Origin: Tubiluchus corallicola
Taxonomy: Eukaryota > Animalia > Priapulida
Direction of reading: 5' to 3'
Length of the DNA: 64,000 bases
Assembly: GCA_030141605.1 (NCBI GenBank)
Contig: JAQGDQ010000163.1
Span: forward strand, 248,001 to 312,000
Positions 13,601 through 27,300 of the stretch are shown here, piece by piece. The notes below the pieces were generated by a model, which worked only from the letters and a program-made list of their open reading frames with translations, was not told the DNA's origin and searched no databases. The stretch's first letter is position 1, and the number at the start of each line of letters is the position of its first letter. A program made the translations under genes and the position numbers.

Positions 13601-16600
13601 TAAATTAGAAAATATCCTATTGGATGAAGCCTACAATGCCAAGGTATCATTGATTTTTAATTACCAATTTTTTTCTCTTTCTATGAGGGGTATTTGTTTG
13701 TATTGTCTGTCAATGAACAATCATTGTGAAACAATCATTTTGTTTGCCTTTTTTTCTAAAAAGCAAAGCTCCACCCACATTTTAGCCTGCGATGAATGAT
13801 TTGTTTATTTCTTTTGTGAGACTTATGTTCTTTTTTCAAAATTAAAAAATTGACATTTTTTCGTCTTTATTTAAATTAAATTATTGCTATAGTTATCGAT
13901 TAACAACACATGTAATTCACATTTTTTACATGAGGCAAACTGGCATTGCAACATAGTAGCAATTGTTTATGATCCTAAAAGGTGATCACTCTGATGATAA
14001 GAATAATAGTACCAAAATCAGCAATACTGACACTGACAGTTACAATACCATTGACAGTGCAACATCAATGTATTTGATATTATTTATTATTAAGTTATCT
14101 GCTGGTTAGATTTCAGATTTTGGGCTTTCAAATAAATACAACTTTGAGTCAAAACTGAGTACATTTTGTGGCAGTCCCCTATATGCATCACCAGAGATCG
14201 TAACAGGAAGACATTACTGTGGCCCTGAGGTAAGACCCCCTCTTTTCACTCATAAAAATCGGAAGACAAGTTTTTCTGCCAATTTTTCGCTCATTTAGCA
14301 GCTTTAGGGCACAGTTTTTTTACACATTTTCACTTACTGTGTTTTAGTAGCTTGAAACTTGTTGTCTAATGTTGGGTTTGTAGAAGTCAAATTACGGTGT
14401 AATTACTGGGTATTTTCTTCAAGTGAGGCTTAATGTTATTTTTACAGTTAAGTGTTGACAATGTTAGTCATTATATCTTTCAAAGACAGTAAGATGGCAT
14501 ATGGCAGTTATGTTGTGCCTAAGTTATGGTGACCCAGCTACATCTGTGAGAATGAAAAACAAAACAATTACTGCGACTCTATATTTTGAAAATCTTAGCC
14601 AACAGGTTTTAAATTACTTCCTGTAACTGGTTATATGCATTGAAAACTTCTTTTAGTCTCAGTTTCTGAGCAAGATCTTAGTGGCATTTGCTGTTATTAT
14701 ATTGATACTTAAAAGTGTCTCACAAAAAATAAAAAACACATGACTTGGGATTGTTAAGTGCTCTTGTTTTTTTGACATTAAGAATTCTTTTAGTGCTAAA
14801 AGCGATTTACTGTGCTTAATCACCCATCTAATTTTTCATTGAACTTAATAGTGCTTTACTTTTACCATTTGATGCATGCATTTAGACATTGTTGTATTGG
14901 TAACCTGATTTCAAGTCTCATTTGTTGCCCTTGTGGTAAGTCTTAAACCACTTGGTCACTGACGTCCACATGTTTTCTTTGACCTACTTCTGCTTTGTTC
15001 ATTGAAATTTTGCATAATGACTTTTATAATACCACTACATTTTCATCATTTTTATTCATTTTTTATAATTTTTAGCTTTTTTCTTCTCTTCTACTTACAT
15101 TATTTATTTACACCCTAATTTAACCCGTCATCTTTTTTCATTGCGCATTTCTTTTTTCTGCCCCTAACCTCTAACAACACACCACGCATTGCATTGCATT
15201 GTTTCCAAGTTCTAGATTTTAGCTCAGCTGCAAGCAGTTACATGATAAGTAATTGTAATAATTTTGTTTTCAATTTGTGCAATTGCATGTAATACATCTA
15301 TGTATGGATTTGTAATGGTGTTTTTCTCTAATAAGCAAAGCAAAGCTAGAAAGTCTAGGAGACTTTCGAAAATTTGTTTCTTTTCAGGTATAAATAAAGT
15401 TTTGACAGCTTTTTCAGTTTTTTAAAACTATATTTTAGTGAATAATAATAATGCATAAGTTTATTATTTACAGGTTGATATCTGGAGCATAGGTGTGATT
15501 TTGTTTGCTCTTGTATATGCCAGCATGCCTTTTGATGGCAGTCAGGGTTTCAGACGTTTGGCTCAGCAAATACTGAAGGGTTCCTACTTGGAACCCAATC
15601 CACCTTCAGGTAATTTACCTATTGATGATTATGTCACGAGAGGTGGCAGTGGGTGACCAGTATGGTCTGTAACTGGTATAATGAGATATCAAGTGCAAAC
15701 ACAATTGTAGTTCATTTAAACTGTAACAAACAGTGTATTTTGTTGATAACTTGCTGTGCTGCAACCAGTTTTGCAAAACGAAAGTTTGTACATAGCCTGA
15801 CAGTAATCAGGACCGTAAATAAACATTTCAGCACATTTACACTAATTAATTAATTACTGAATTAATATTACATAATATGAAAAATTCATATTACACAAAT
15901 CCACACAGAGGACAGTCTAAATGTTTCTAATAAAAAGATGTTAGTATTTTCCTCAGGGCTGTCCTATTATGCTTTATAAATAATAGATGCTTGAAACTGT
16001 ACCAGTTTTTGCAAAAATTTTCGGTAATTAAGAATCATCAACAGTTTGCAATTTGGCTGCAGTAGATGCGGTAGCCACTAACAAGTCACAAATTGGTATG
16101 CTGGCATTAAGAACATCTTAACATTTAAATACTATTATGTTTATAAAAACAGCGGAAAATGGGTACCTATGGTCGATAAGTAAATAATAAAATCATTTCC
16201 GTGTCACGTTTCTACAGAAAAATGACTTACTCTGCGCTACAAGCAAAAAAGACGTCAAATTTTGACTTTGCCAGAACTCTAATATCCTTAGTGCTGCGAT
16301 CAGAAAATGGTAATGTTATCCAAATGAAGTAACCACCATCTGGTTCGGTTATAGTAGCCCCATCTGGCAACTCGTTTTCAGTAATTAATTAATTACATTT
16401 ACACTGTGGGCAGCATGGCAATGTAGGAACTACGGTCACATTTTTAAAACATTTGGCAATGTATAAATTTGAATTTTTATTGTGCTGACAACATAGCTGT
16501 TAACTTGTTACCTACATTTTTTTGATTGTTTTTAATCACATTTCAGCATATTCACTGTAATATGCAGATCAAAACAAAATGGTAGTGTAAAAATTGCAGC

Positions 16601-18501
16601 CGTGAGGGTCAATTCATATGCCGTTCATGAAAAATGTGTTTACCAGTTCACAAACTCATTCATTAAGCAAGAGTATTTTATTTTCAGAGGCTTCAAGTCT
16701 CATAAGGAAACTGTTGACAGTCAACACTGCAGACAGGATTAAACTTGAAGATGTATTTCAGCATCAGTGGGTGGGCCTCCACCCACCAGGTAAGGTCAAG
16801 GTGATACCACTTCGCATGGACGGGACGCTTTCGAAGATTCCATCTTTCATCGAGGAGACAGACAAGTGTGCAAAATCTGTCAGCAAGGGGCGATCCAAAA
16901 ATAAGCCAGTTAGTCGTCCTCGAGGTCAACGTGTTTGTATTATTCAAAGAATTGATAGTGGTATCGGCAGCTCGGAGAGTTTTTCATCGAACACCAGTAA
17001 CGACAAGCAGCCGAAACAGGTGAATAGGGCAGGTGAGAACAAAACAGTCGTGGAAGGTAAGAACGGTGCCTGTGATAACAGTAGTCAAATACAGAAGCTG
17101 AAAAAACAGAAGTACATGCCAAATAACATAGAAAAGGACTTAACAACCTACTTTCAGAACATCAAGGAGAAGGACGAGAGTGACAGTGCTAGTACAGAAG
17201 CTGTTAATGATGACTGCGACGGTGGTGCAGCTGCTGACAGTGCAACAGTACCACATAAAGGAATTCTTAAAAGACCATCCACACCTCCAATTGATTACAC
17301 TATTAGAAGGCATTATTCATTTAACGATACACATACGGTGCAGAAGCCCCGAAGACCAACACTCTGGAGATCTAACCAAGAACAGGAAAGCTCGCTGGAA
17401 CGCCGGAACCAAGTACGTGCTGAGAACGACCGCCAACCACGGGTTACGTATGCACTGTGCAAGGTGCCATCAGTTGCCAAGTTCTCCAAAAACCATCAGG
17501 ATGCAATAAGTGATGAAGATGCATGGTTGGCGAGTGAAGGGAAAAATGGGGAAACTCATGCTAACAACAGTCAGTCACGTGTAGTATTCGAAACTGGCGT
17601 GGGCAGCACCATGATCAACTTCATTAACAGGTGCAAGATGGCAAATGGCACAGACAGAACCCGGAGTTACCGAACCACCAACCAACAGAAAAGTGGAAAG
17701 ACAGAAGCGCAGTTTTGGGTGGCCAAGCCAATGCAACAGTTTAAAAATGGTAGTAGCTTCGACGTTGAAATGCGAGGAAGAGCAGGATCAGATTGTTCTG
17801 CCGCTAACAGTTTCTTACGCAGGGATTTTCGCAACATCAGACGAGCTACAGAAAGCAATGTTCAGGGCACTCCAATAAGACATGAAGAAAACACTGATGT
17901 AAACAATAATAATACAGCTCCTAATGCAGGACATATGGACAGTGTTAAAGTTAATGATACTTCAAGTGACCTTAGGGTCAAAAATAATCGAAGCTTTAGA
18001 AGCACAGTTGCAATGATGAAAAGCAAATTTGAGCAGTCGCGACAGGACAATTCAAAGTTCGCGTCACTTGGAAATAAGGAGCTTCAGTATGGAGAAACTG
18101 AAACCAGGGGGCCGCACCACCTTCAATCTAGCAACCAAGAACTTAATGTTACTCCCACCGAGCAAGGTCTGTGGGCAAAAGATGCGAGAGGCAAAGTAAA
18201 TGGAGGTAAAGTGGAGCTGTTGACGAGAAACTTTGAGAAGACGTCTTCAAGTGAATCTCAAAAACGAAGATTGCCAAAATTATTGCTAGTTGACAGAGCA
18301 GTCCGACAGGGTACTCCCAATTCAACCATTTGCAAAAAGGCTGAGAAGCACAGCGTTAGTACGCAGACCAACGACAGTGGTCATAGCAAAGAACAGGCCA
18401 ATGACGGTGGTCGTTACCTCTTTGAATATGATATGAAGAGAAACCCAGGGTTTTGGAAACAGTCAAATGAGAGTAGATGTCGAAGAAGCCATGTTTTCTG
18501 A
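10684..18501 (+). CDS. NUAK: NUAK family SNF1/AMPK-related Ser/Thr kinase, 7 coding exons, ~851 aa
   Basis: Exons 10684-10830, 12724-12844, 13279-13430, 13578-13643, 14110-14229, 15474-15609 and 16688-18501 are all GT-AG and phase-compatible (2556 nt). Motifs: [58 protein letters not shown], the NUAK-type T-loop [26 protein letters not shown], and KGILK in the tail. Confidence 0.93.
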
Positions 18502-20670
18502 AGGAAATCAAGCCGTAGTCGTGAGAACAAGGAAGTCACTCATTCTAGAATGTAAACAGAGGAATCAGATTATTCATTTCTTATTACAGTAAACTCCACA
18601 TAACTCAAATCCAACTGGACTGAAAAAAAAACTTGAGTTAGGCAATGTTGACCACTTTCCAGCATAGAAATTCTAAACTCCTCTTCCAGAGGGGAGTTAA
18701 ATAGAAGGCAGAAAGTCAACCCTTCCAGACATAAATGACGAGATTTGACGACAATTACGCAAAGAAAAACAAATTATGTAGTGTAACAGGATTTATTTAT
18801 GTTGCAAAAGGACAGGTTGCGTTCTTTGTGGACTAAAGAGTGGAGGAAATAATCAGAGGGCGCGACTTGTAAGATGTCAGAATTTTCACGGAAAATGATA
18901 CTGTTTTTGAGTTTTACGAAACGGTTTATTTTTCTAGAGTATAAATTGAATTTCTGAGTTAGGTGAAGCAAATTACATGTATTTTGATTAAATGGAACAT
19001 ATTTTTTTATGTGAGTTATGCGGAGTTTACTGTACTGTGATTGCAAATGTGTTGTGGGGTTCGGTGTAGTGTTGCTCCAGAAACTAATAATTGTGTAAAC
19101 ATGCTGTATTTCTGTAGGTTTACTGTTCAGGAATGAGGACTTGATAGTAGGCAAATGCGATTGCGTGTAAAAATGGTATCTTTGATTGTGTAAATCTGTT
19201 ACTGATGCAGCATTTCAGATTTATAGTACACTACATGTACAATGTACAAGAGCCAATTGAAAAAAAAGTAGGACTATGTGAGTTATTTGCATGTGGAATG
19301 AACAGTTCACTAATTCTAGGTCATCATCATCAGTTTTTTCTAAGTATGGCAAGACCGATTAACTATAACTGTCGATATGTTAATTTCAGTAATCCAGTGT
19401 GAACACTAATAATATTCTTCGATTATGGGTAATAAACAGAAAATGATGCATTTGGCGAAACTTTTTATAGGGCTTTATGTGAATGGAGCTTTAGATCATT
19501 GTTCTCACTGATTTAGGTATTTGTTGCTGGAAAGGTAGAACCAATTTTGTATTGTCGATTGCAGCTCATATTAGCTTCGCAAATTGTTGACTAAGTGATT
19601 ATAAGTAGGATTTTACCAATGTTTACCTTTATAAAAATATGGATTTCTGACATGGTCCTTGTTTTTATTATGTGAATGTTGTCTTTACCTGTCAGAAAAA
19701 TTATTAAGTAAAATATGAGCTGACCCGGTGGAATAATGTTTGTAATGGTTGAATGTAAGCATAATGTAAATTGTAGCAACTTGTTTTGTGATTATTACTA
19801 AGTCTTGTGGTATTGTGCATCTTTGTACACTTGTTATTCTGATGTTATAGAAATGTCACTGTAATTTATTTTGTAATAATATTTGATACATGTGAATTGA
19901 TTGTTAACGCAGTGTCTAGATCATTCATAGTTGATATGAATCATGATTAAAAATGCAATCGAATCCTCTAATGTACCCTCAAAATTTTTTATAGCAAATT
20001 AGTTCGAGTTAATTAAAATGAAAAGATTGAGACAATGTTTCAATGTTGCATACCACACCACATTGGACATTAAATCCACTTAAAAAAGAAGTAAAGTTTA
20101 TAGATAAACATAATTAACTGGGACATTCAAACTAGATAACCTAGTTCAATACTTACAAAAATTAGTAAGTGTGACTTTTTTAAACCAATTTTTAGATTCA
20201 GTACTTCTTAATTGTGAAGCATAGTTGAAACATTTACGGTTGAAACTCCTAATTAAAAACATTATCAAACAACCAGTAATATGCATACTTACTACATACA
20301 TTAAACAACCTGTACATACCGAGTTTGATTTGGGCACGTGCTTTTAATTGAGTACTTTCATTGCAAAGCCATAGCATTGCTGTATTATAATCAGATAAAT
20401 ATCAATGACAAAAAAATTAAGAATCAATAATAAGTTATTACAGTCATCATATATATGCTTTGCATTGGTTTACATGAATATCTATTATCATTCTCATCAG
20501 ATTTATTTACAAAATAGAGACAGCAATAATAAGACCACTTACAGTTGTTTTAAACGAAATTTAAAAAATTAAATGCAAAAATCTATTAATTTTAAAAAAA
20601 ATGATTCAAATCATTCAATCTCCAAATATTTGACAGTCACATCATCTCACTTGTACACAGGTATATAAGA

Positions 20671-20775
20671 AATGCTATTGTGTCACTTCTGTTGAGCAGA
20701 AACACTATTGTGCTATTTTCTGTTGTGCGGCTTCTGTTGAGCAGAAATGTTATTGTGCCACTTCTCTTGATCACT
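20671..20775. repeat. Short degenerate ~30-bp tandem repeat
   Basis: About three copies of AA(TG/CA)CTATTGTG..ACTTCTGTTGAGCAGA between the convergent NUAK and zinc-finger genes. Confidence 0.6.
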
Positions 20776-21316
20776 GAACCTCATCGTACCTTAACTACTT
20801 TACTGTATTGACATAAGACTATATTATAAAGCTTACACATGAAAAATTATAAGAAAATTGTCAGAAGGCATATTTTATTTAGTGAATTATGATACTTTGT
20901 TTAATTGAGCATCCAAGGCCTAACAGGCCATTTTTCTGCAACAATACTAAATTTCAAAGCTAGCTAACATGCATTTTAAAAAATATATAGCATTTGTTTG
21001 CTTTCTCACTTTTGCTCATATCAAATAGTGAGAAAAGTCAACACGAAGCCAGAGCTTTATAGTTCGCAGCTTTTTATACAGTTTGGCAATTTTTGTGGGA
21101 TCCGATAGAGCCTATTATGAAGGAAGATCCTCTATGAAAAAATAAGGAATCCCTCCAAAAAACAAGCTACCTTAAAATTATAGTGCTTCTAAGTATTTTC
21201 TTGTATCTTTTTACAATAATTTGTCTCAAGCAAATTATCAGGTATTTTAGCCGAGTTCTATGATATAATTTTAACATTTTAATGGCCCAGGAGCTATTCT
21301 TAAGGTCACACTCAGC

Positions 21317-24300
21317 TCAAGAATCACGATACACGTGATTTTTCTTTATATGCTTTTTCAAGCATTGCAATGTCACAAATGCTGCTTCACAATCAGCACA
21401 TATAAATGGTTTTATGCCAGCATGGCACGTCATGTGATATTTAAAACCAGATAAAGAAGCGAAAGTCCCTGGACACTCAGTGCACTTAAATGGTTTTTCT
21501 CCAGTGTGAGTTCTCATGTGATACTTTAAGCCAGACATGGCAGTAAAGGCTGCATTACATTCAATGCACTTAAATGGTTTTTCACCAGTATGAGTTCTCT
21601 TATGATATGTCAAACCAGATAGAGCAGTAAATGACGCATCACATTTAGTACATTTGAATGGCTTTTCTAGCATTTCACTACTGTGAGTTCGTTTGTGGTA
21701 CTTCAAACTGTGTGATGCAGTAAAACTAGCTCCACATTCAATGCAAATGTATGGCTTATGCATTTCACCTCCCATATGAGTTCTTTCATGATACTTCAAA
21801 CTACGTAATGCTGTAAAACAAGCCTCACATTCAGGGCATTTAAATGGTTTCTCGCCACTGTGAGTTCTTTTATGATACACTAAGCCAGCTGAAGTCATAA
21901 ATGATGTTTCACATTCATCACACTTAAATGGCCTTTCTCCTGCATGACTTCTCATGTGATATTTAAAGCCAGACAAAGAGGCAAAAAGTGTTTCACATTC
22001 ACTACATTTAAATGGTTTTTCACCAGTGTGAGTTCTCAAGTGGTATTTGAGACCAGATAAAGCAGTAAATGACGATCCACAATCATCACACTTATATGGC
22101 TTTTCCCCAGTGTGAGTTCTTCTGTGATACGTTAAACCAGAAGAAGCTGTAAAACAGGCTTCGCATTCATCACATTTGTAGCGTTTTTCTAACTTTTCAA
22201 GAGTGTGAGTTCTTCGGTGATACTTCAAACTCTGTGAAGCAGTAAAACATGCATCACAATCAATACACTTGAATGGCTTTTCACCAGTGTGAGATCTTTT
22301 ATGCACTCTTAAACTAGATAAGGCTGTGTATGCAGCACCACAATCAGTACATTTGAATGGCTTTTCGCCTGTATGAGTTCTGATGTGGTACTTCAAACCC
22401 TGTAAACAAGTGTATGCCGCACCACATTCCTCACACTTATAAGGTTTTTCACCAGTGTGTTTTCTTACATGGTACCTCAAGTCACCTTTCTGAGCAAATG
22501 ATCTGTCGCACATGCTGCATTTGTATTTAAGACGATTTGAAGAAGGTTTCAAAGTAGTGCGATGTGAAAGTGATTTAAAATACGACCCATATTTTAAAGG
22601 TTTTTCATAATCGTGATTTTGTACATGGTTTTTAAAATGGCCATAATGAAGAAAAGCCGAATCACATTTTTTACACTTGTATAGCTTTTTGTGAGTGACA
22701 CGAGTTTTTCTATTATTCCACAGTTTATCTTTCACGGGTGCTGCTTCATCTGTTGAAGCATGTTGTACAGATTCATCTGAAGGCAATATGTTTCCTTCGG
22801 AGTTGACGTAAATTGCATTGCTTTCACATAAGCTCATCAACATTTCACCATCTTCATCGTTTGAATTCAACTGTTCTTTTTTACATTGCAATGTGTTTTT
22901 TAACATTAAGCCAGGTCCACAAACAGTTGATTGCTCTACATCACAAGGCTCCACATTTACAGAATTACCTGCTAAAGGCACACCTTGTTCACACATACGC
23001 AAGTAGTCGTCAGCCTGTTCAGTATCCACTATATAGTTTGTAAGGCCTGATTTACTTGCATTTGGTGCTTCGTGTTTATAATCATCATCTTGTACATCAC
23101 TCACGCAGTTTTCTGTGATCAGATGTGATTCCCACACACCTGCATGTTCTTCTTCACATTCATCAGCTTCTTGCTCCATGTTTGTCACATACATGTCTGC
23201 ATGATCTTGTTCACACTCCCCATCTTTCTGCTCGGCACTGATCATAAAATCTATTGTTGACATTAAGCCATATTCATTCCTAAATGCGAATTCACAATTT
23301 TCATCAGACTCATTGCTAGCACCATCTTGACCCAGTGGTTCAGACTTGATAAATCTGGCATCAATGTCGTTCTGTTGCTCCATAGCACTACAAAATTATC
23401 CGAAAATAGATCAATAATTGGTTGTAATGTAATCAATAAATGTAATGTAAAAAATTCTACTTAAAAAGAGGCAGATGTAATCCTACTTAAATAAGAGATG
23501 TAAAACTAGCTGAATACCTGAAATGGGAAGTAGTGTTGTAGTACTTGAGTCTCAGGCTTGGGTGCGACTCTAGTCACAATAAACTCAAAGAAAAGGCCAA
23601 GCCTTCTGGAAAGTTAGACTTATTTCAATGTTTGCAAAAAATGTTAGAAGAATGTAGTAAAAAAGTGTGGTGAGTGTCTCATGTAATTTGTAAAATCACT
23701 TTAAAATTGCGACCATTTCACGCTTGGGCACTTTAAATTTGCATGGCCATTTTTCTGCCAATGACGTGATTCATCGATTGTATTCTTAAAACCATTCTTA
23801 AAAAAGAAAGAAGAAAATATTCAAGTATACATTCAAGTATACAGTGATAAGGAAGGTATTACCAACCAGATAAATGTTTTGAAAATCTGAATGAGTCAGA
23901 AAATCCACATTATAGCAAAGCATATGTTCAGATATATGCTTTCTTAAACCATTCCTAAAAAAGAAAGAAGAAAATATTAAATTAATTTTAGAAGAAAAAG
24001 ATCTAGAAATTATGTGTATTTTTAAAACATTTCTAAATGATGATAAGGAAGAAAATGAAGAATTCACTTTTAAAATAAAATACAGCGAATACAAGCAAAT
24101 TGTCAATAAACGAAATGGGGATAAAGGAGGAATGATTTTATTAAAAAAGAATTAGCCAGATTAACAAATATATTAGAAAAGGAAATGAAAATTATGAAGG
24201 GATTTGGATGATAATCAATCGAATTGAAGTGAGAACTGGTTATATATATATATGGACCGGGATGGACAAAAGCTCAACAATTAAAACTGATGTATAAGCG

Positions 24301-27300
24301 TATCAAAGAACATTTAGATGAAACAAAAAAAAGGAGAAAAAATTATGTGGATTGGGAAATTCAATTGCAAAGTAGGGAACAGAGGCAGAGCAATCGGGAC
24401 ACAAGGAAACAGAGAAGTTATCCCAGCTGGTAAATTGTTGATAAATTTAAATAACAAGAAAAATCTGGAAATATTAAATGCTACTAACAACTGTTCATGG
24501 TTATGAATCTAACCATGGAAAACAAATCTAAATCAGTGATCGATTATGTAATAGTAAGCAAAAATGATGTATACATTTTACATGAAACGATTATTGATGA
24601 AGCAAGGATATGGGGTGTATGTAGAAAAGCACGTGAGAAAGGCGAAGGCGTAGTGCTATATACAGACCATAATACTATATTGGTAACACTAAATTGAAAA
24701 AAAAGCTTTTAAAGTCAAAATGAAAGTCATGCCAATAAAAAAAGCAAAGTACAAATTAAAAGAAAAAGATGCAAACTTTTTTAAAAACTTAATAGAAACA
24801 GGATTAGCAAAGATTCGGGACATCGATGAAAAATATAACATGTGGAACAGAGAAGTACTAAAACTAAGGGAGAATCTGCTTACAAATGTCACAAAGAAAA
24901 AAGTTAATAAAAAATTATCACAATACTAACAAGAAATAGAAAAGAGTTGAAAGTAAAACTAATACATTTGGTGGAAAGAATAAAGCTAGTTATAGAACAT
25001 ATTGCAGACCAAGAGAAAAATGATCAAGGTAGAAGACTGAAAAAAGCAGTATAGAATTCTTACGCATGGAAGGAATAATGAGATCTAAGCTTTTCTGGAA
25101 TTTTAGAAGAAGAATGATGGGTAGTAAAAAAGAGAAAAGATGCATGATTAAAGAGAGTGACGGCAGAGGGATTAGTGACAGTGAACAAAATAAAGAGAAG
25201 TATATGGAGTACGCCACTAGCCGAAGTAGGACATTTGCGCTAAAGCGCATGCGTTAAATTTTCGGAAAACCAGAGTCTTACATGGGCAGCCTTTTAACTT
25301 TACATCGCAAATTTTGTCAAATTTTTAAAATTCTGTTAAAGTTTCTTCATTTTATTAAAAACTGTGCTTGTTTGTTGAGTTTCGATCAGTATGGCGTCAT
25401 GCCTTCTATACACATGATCCTCTTCACCAGATCGGCGAGCAAACTGACATCAATAAAAAGTGCCAGTTTGCAAGATCAAAAAGCAAGTGTTTTGTTCACT
25501 TTGTTCACATAGCGAAAATGATTGCCTGTCTGTGAAGCAAGACAAAATAAAAAATAATATACCTTAACCAATATTGGAATCGCCTAAAAAGTGCGTTTAT
25601 TTCACTTCTTAAAATTAGTCTCAAAGCCAAATTTAATATTGCTCATTCGACTAGCGCAGAATAAGGTTCTTCTATTTTATCAGATGTATAATAAATATGT
25701 ATAATAACAATATTATTAATAAATAAACAAGGACAACACACACTGCCACTACGGTTAACAACCCAATTCATGACCTGTCTCTTTGTCCTACTTGCGCAGC
25801 CCATGTACGAAACGCCCTACTTGGGCTTGCCCAATGTACGGCAATTGTCCTACTTCAACTAGTGTACTACTCTGCTCCCGACATAATTAATAAAAGTTTA
25901 AAGATCTAGAATGTTCGCTATGTTGTAAAGACGATGACACGACAGAGCATCTATTCAAGTATAGAGTGATAAGAAAGGTATTACCAACCAGAGAAATGTT
26001 TTGAAAATCTGATCGAGTCAGAAAATCCACATTATAGCAAAGGAGTTGCAGGAATATTTTCAGATAGCAATGGAAGCAAGAAAGAGAAGAGGTGTCGAGC
26101 TGGAAATTACAAGAGTTAAAGTTTATTAAGTTACTTGCGTCTCGCACGGTGACATCCACTTGTGCCTATGTAGCCAAATAATGTGGACAGGGAGAAACAA
26201 AGAAAAAACAATGGTATTCAAGCAAAAAAGCAATGTGAATTTTACCAAGAACTGTGATCGAAGTATGCAGGTATTTAGCCTACAATTCTGAAAAAAAATC
26301 TATCTTCTAATTTCATACAAAAGTTATCAAAGGTTTTAAAGCTCAACTGGAAAGTTTTTGTTTTTAATTTGCGATAGCGACTTGGCAATATGGGCTGTAA
26401 CGGCAATAATATCAACTGGTATTCAATCTGTTTTATTTCTGGATTTCCGGAGATGACTCCTAGTACTAGTAGGTGACAGGGCTGAGCATCAAACGTCGAA
26501 TTCGATTCGAACCTAAAAATATATACTCGAGTTATCATTTAGCTGCGATTCCTATGCACATTTTTTTAACTTCTTATTGGCGTTAATACTAAACAAAAAA
26601 TCAAGTAAATTGCAGGATATTTCTGAGACTGCCTTAGTCAACAGACATTTGAAAATTCATTTGAAATCTTTAAAACTGATTTCGAACTCGATTCAGATCC
26701 GAAAATAGTGAAATTCGGTTTGATTTGAGCTCGAAAGTCACAAATTCGATTCGAATTCGCTATCAAGTGGCTGACAAATTTGAGTTGTGGGAATAAAGTG
26801 ATCAAATGTCCTCTAATAACACATTCTACATCATTATTGAGTACTTGAGATCCCATGTACTGCCACCCATGAGAAATAATTTTTTCCAAAATTTAATAGA
26901 GTTCTGTGGGTCCTCCCAGGACATCTGCTAATAATGGAGCAAAATTAGAAGTTTATATACATACGCCCACAGTAGATTTCGAAAGTCGAAATCCATACCA
27001 CGCTGTGCCCATCTTGATCGCTGTGCCTGAAGAGGGCCAGTAAGCATCAATTCTATTCTTCGAATAATTTAAACCGTACTGTGCATTAAAAAAACCTTAT
27101 TTAGAGTAATTTTTATTAAACTTGTTAATCTAGCTAACATTGCTATTTATACAGCTTTTACTGCAATTTTATTGAATATACTATTGGTAAATCTATTTCC
27201 ATTCAAGCTATGACTGATTTTTCGTCGTTTAATCTACAGTTTACACCATTCCACTTTTAACAGACTTTTTCTGCCAGCAAAGTCAGAAAAGCCGATCCAA

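Noticed and set aside
26955-27052. Possible extra zinc-finger gene exon
   Set aside because: Splice-like signals exist, but no acceptor/donor pair preserves phase 2 on both sides.
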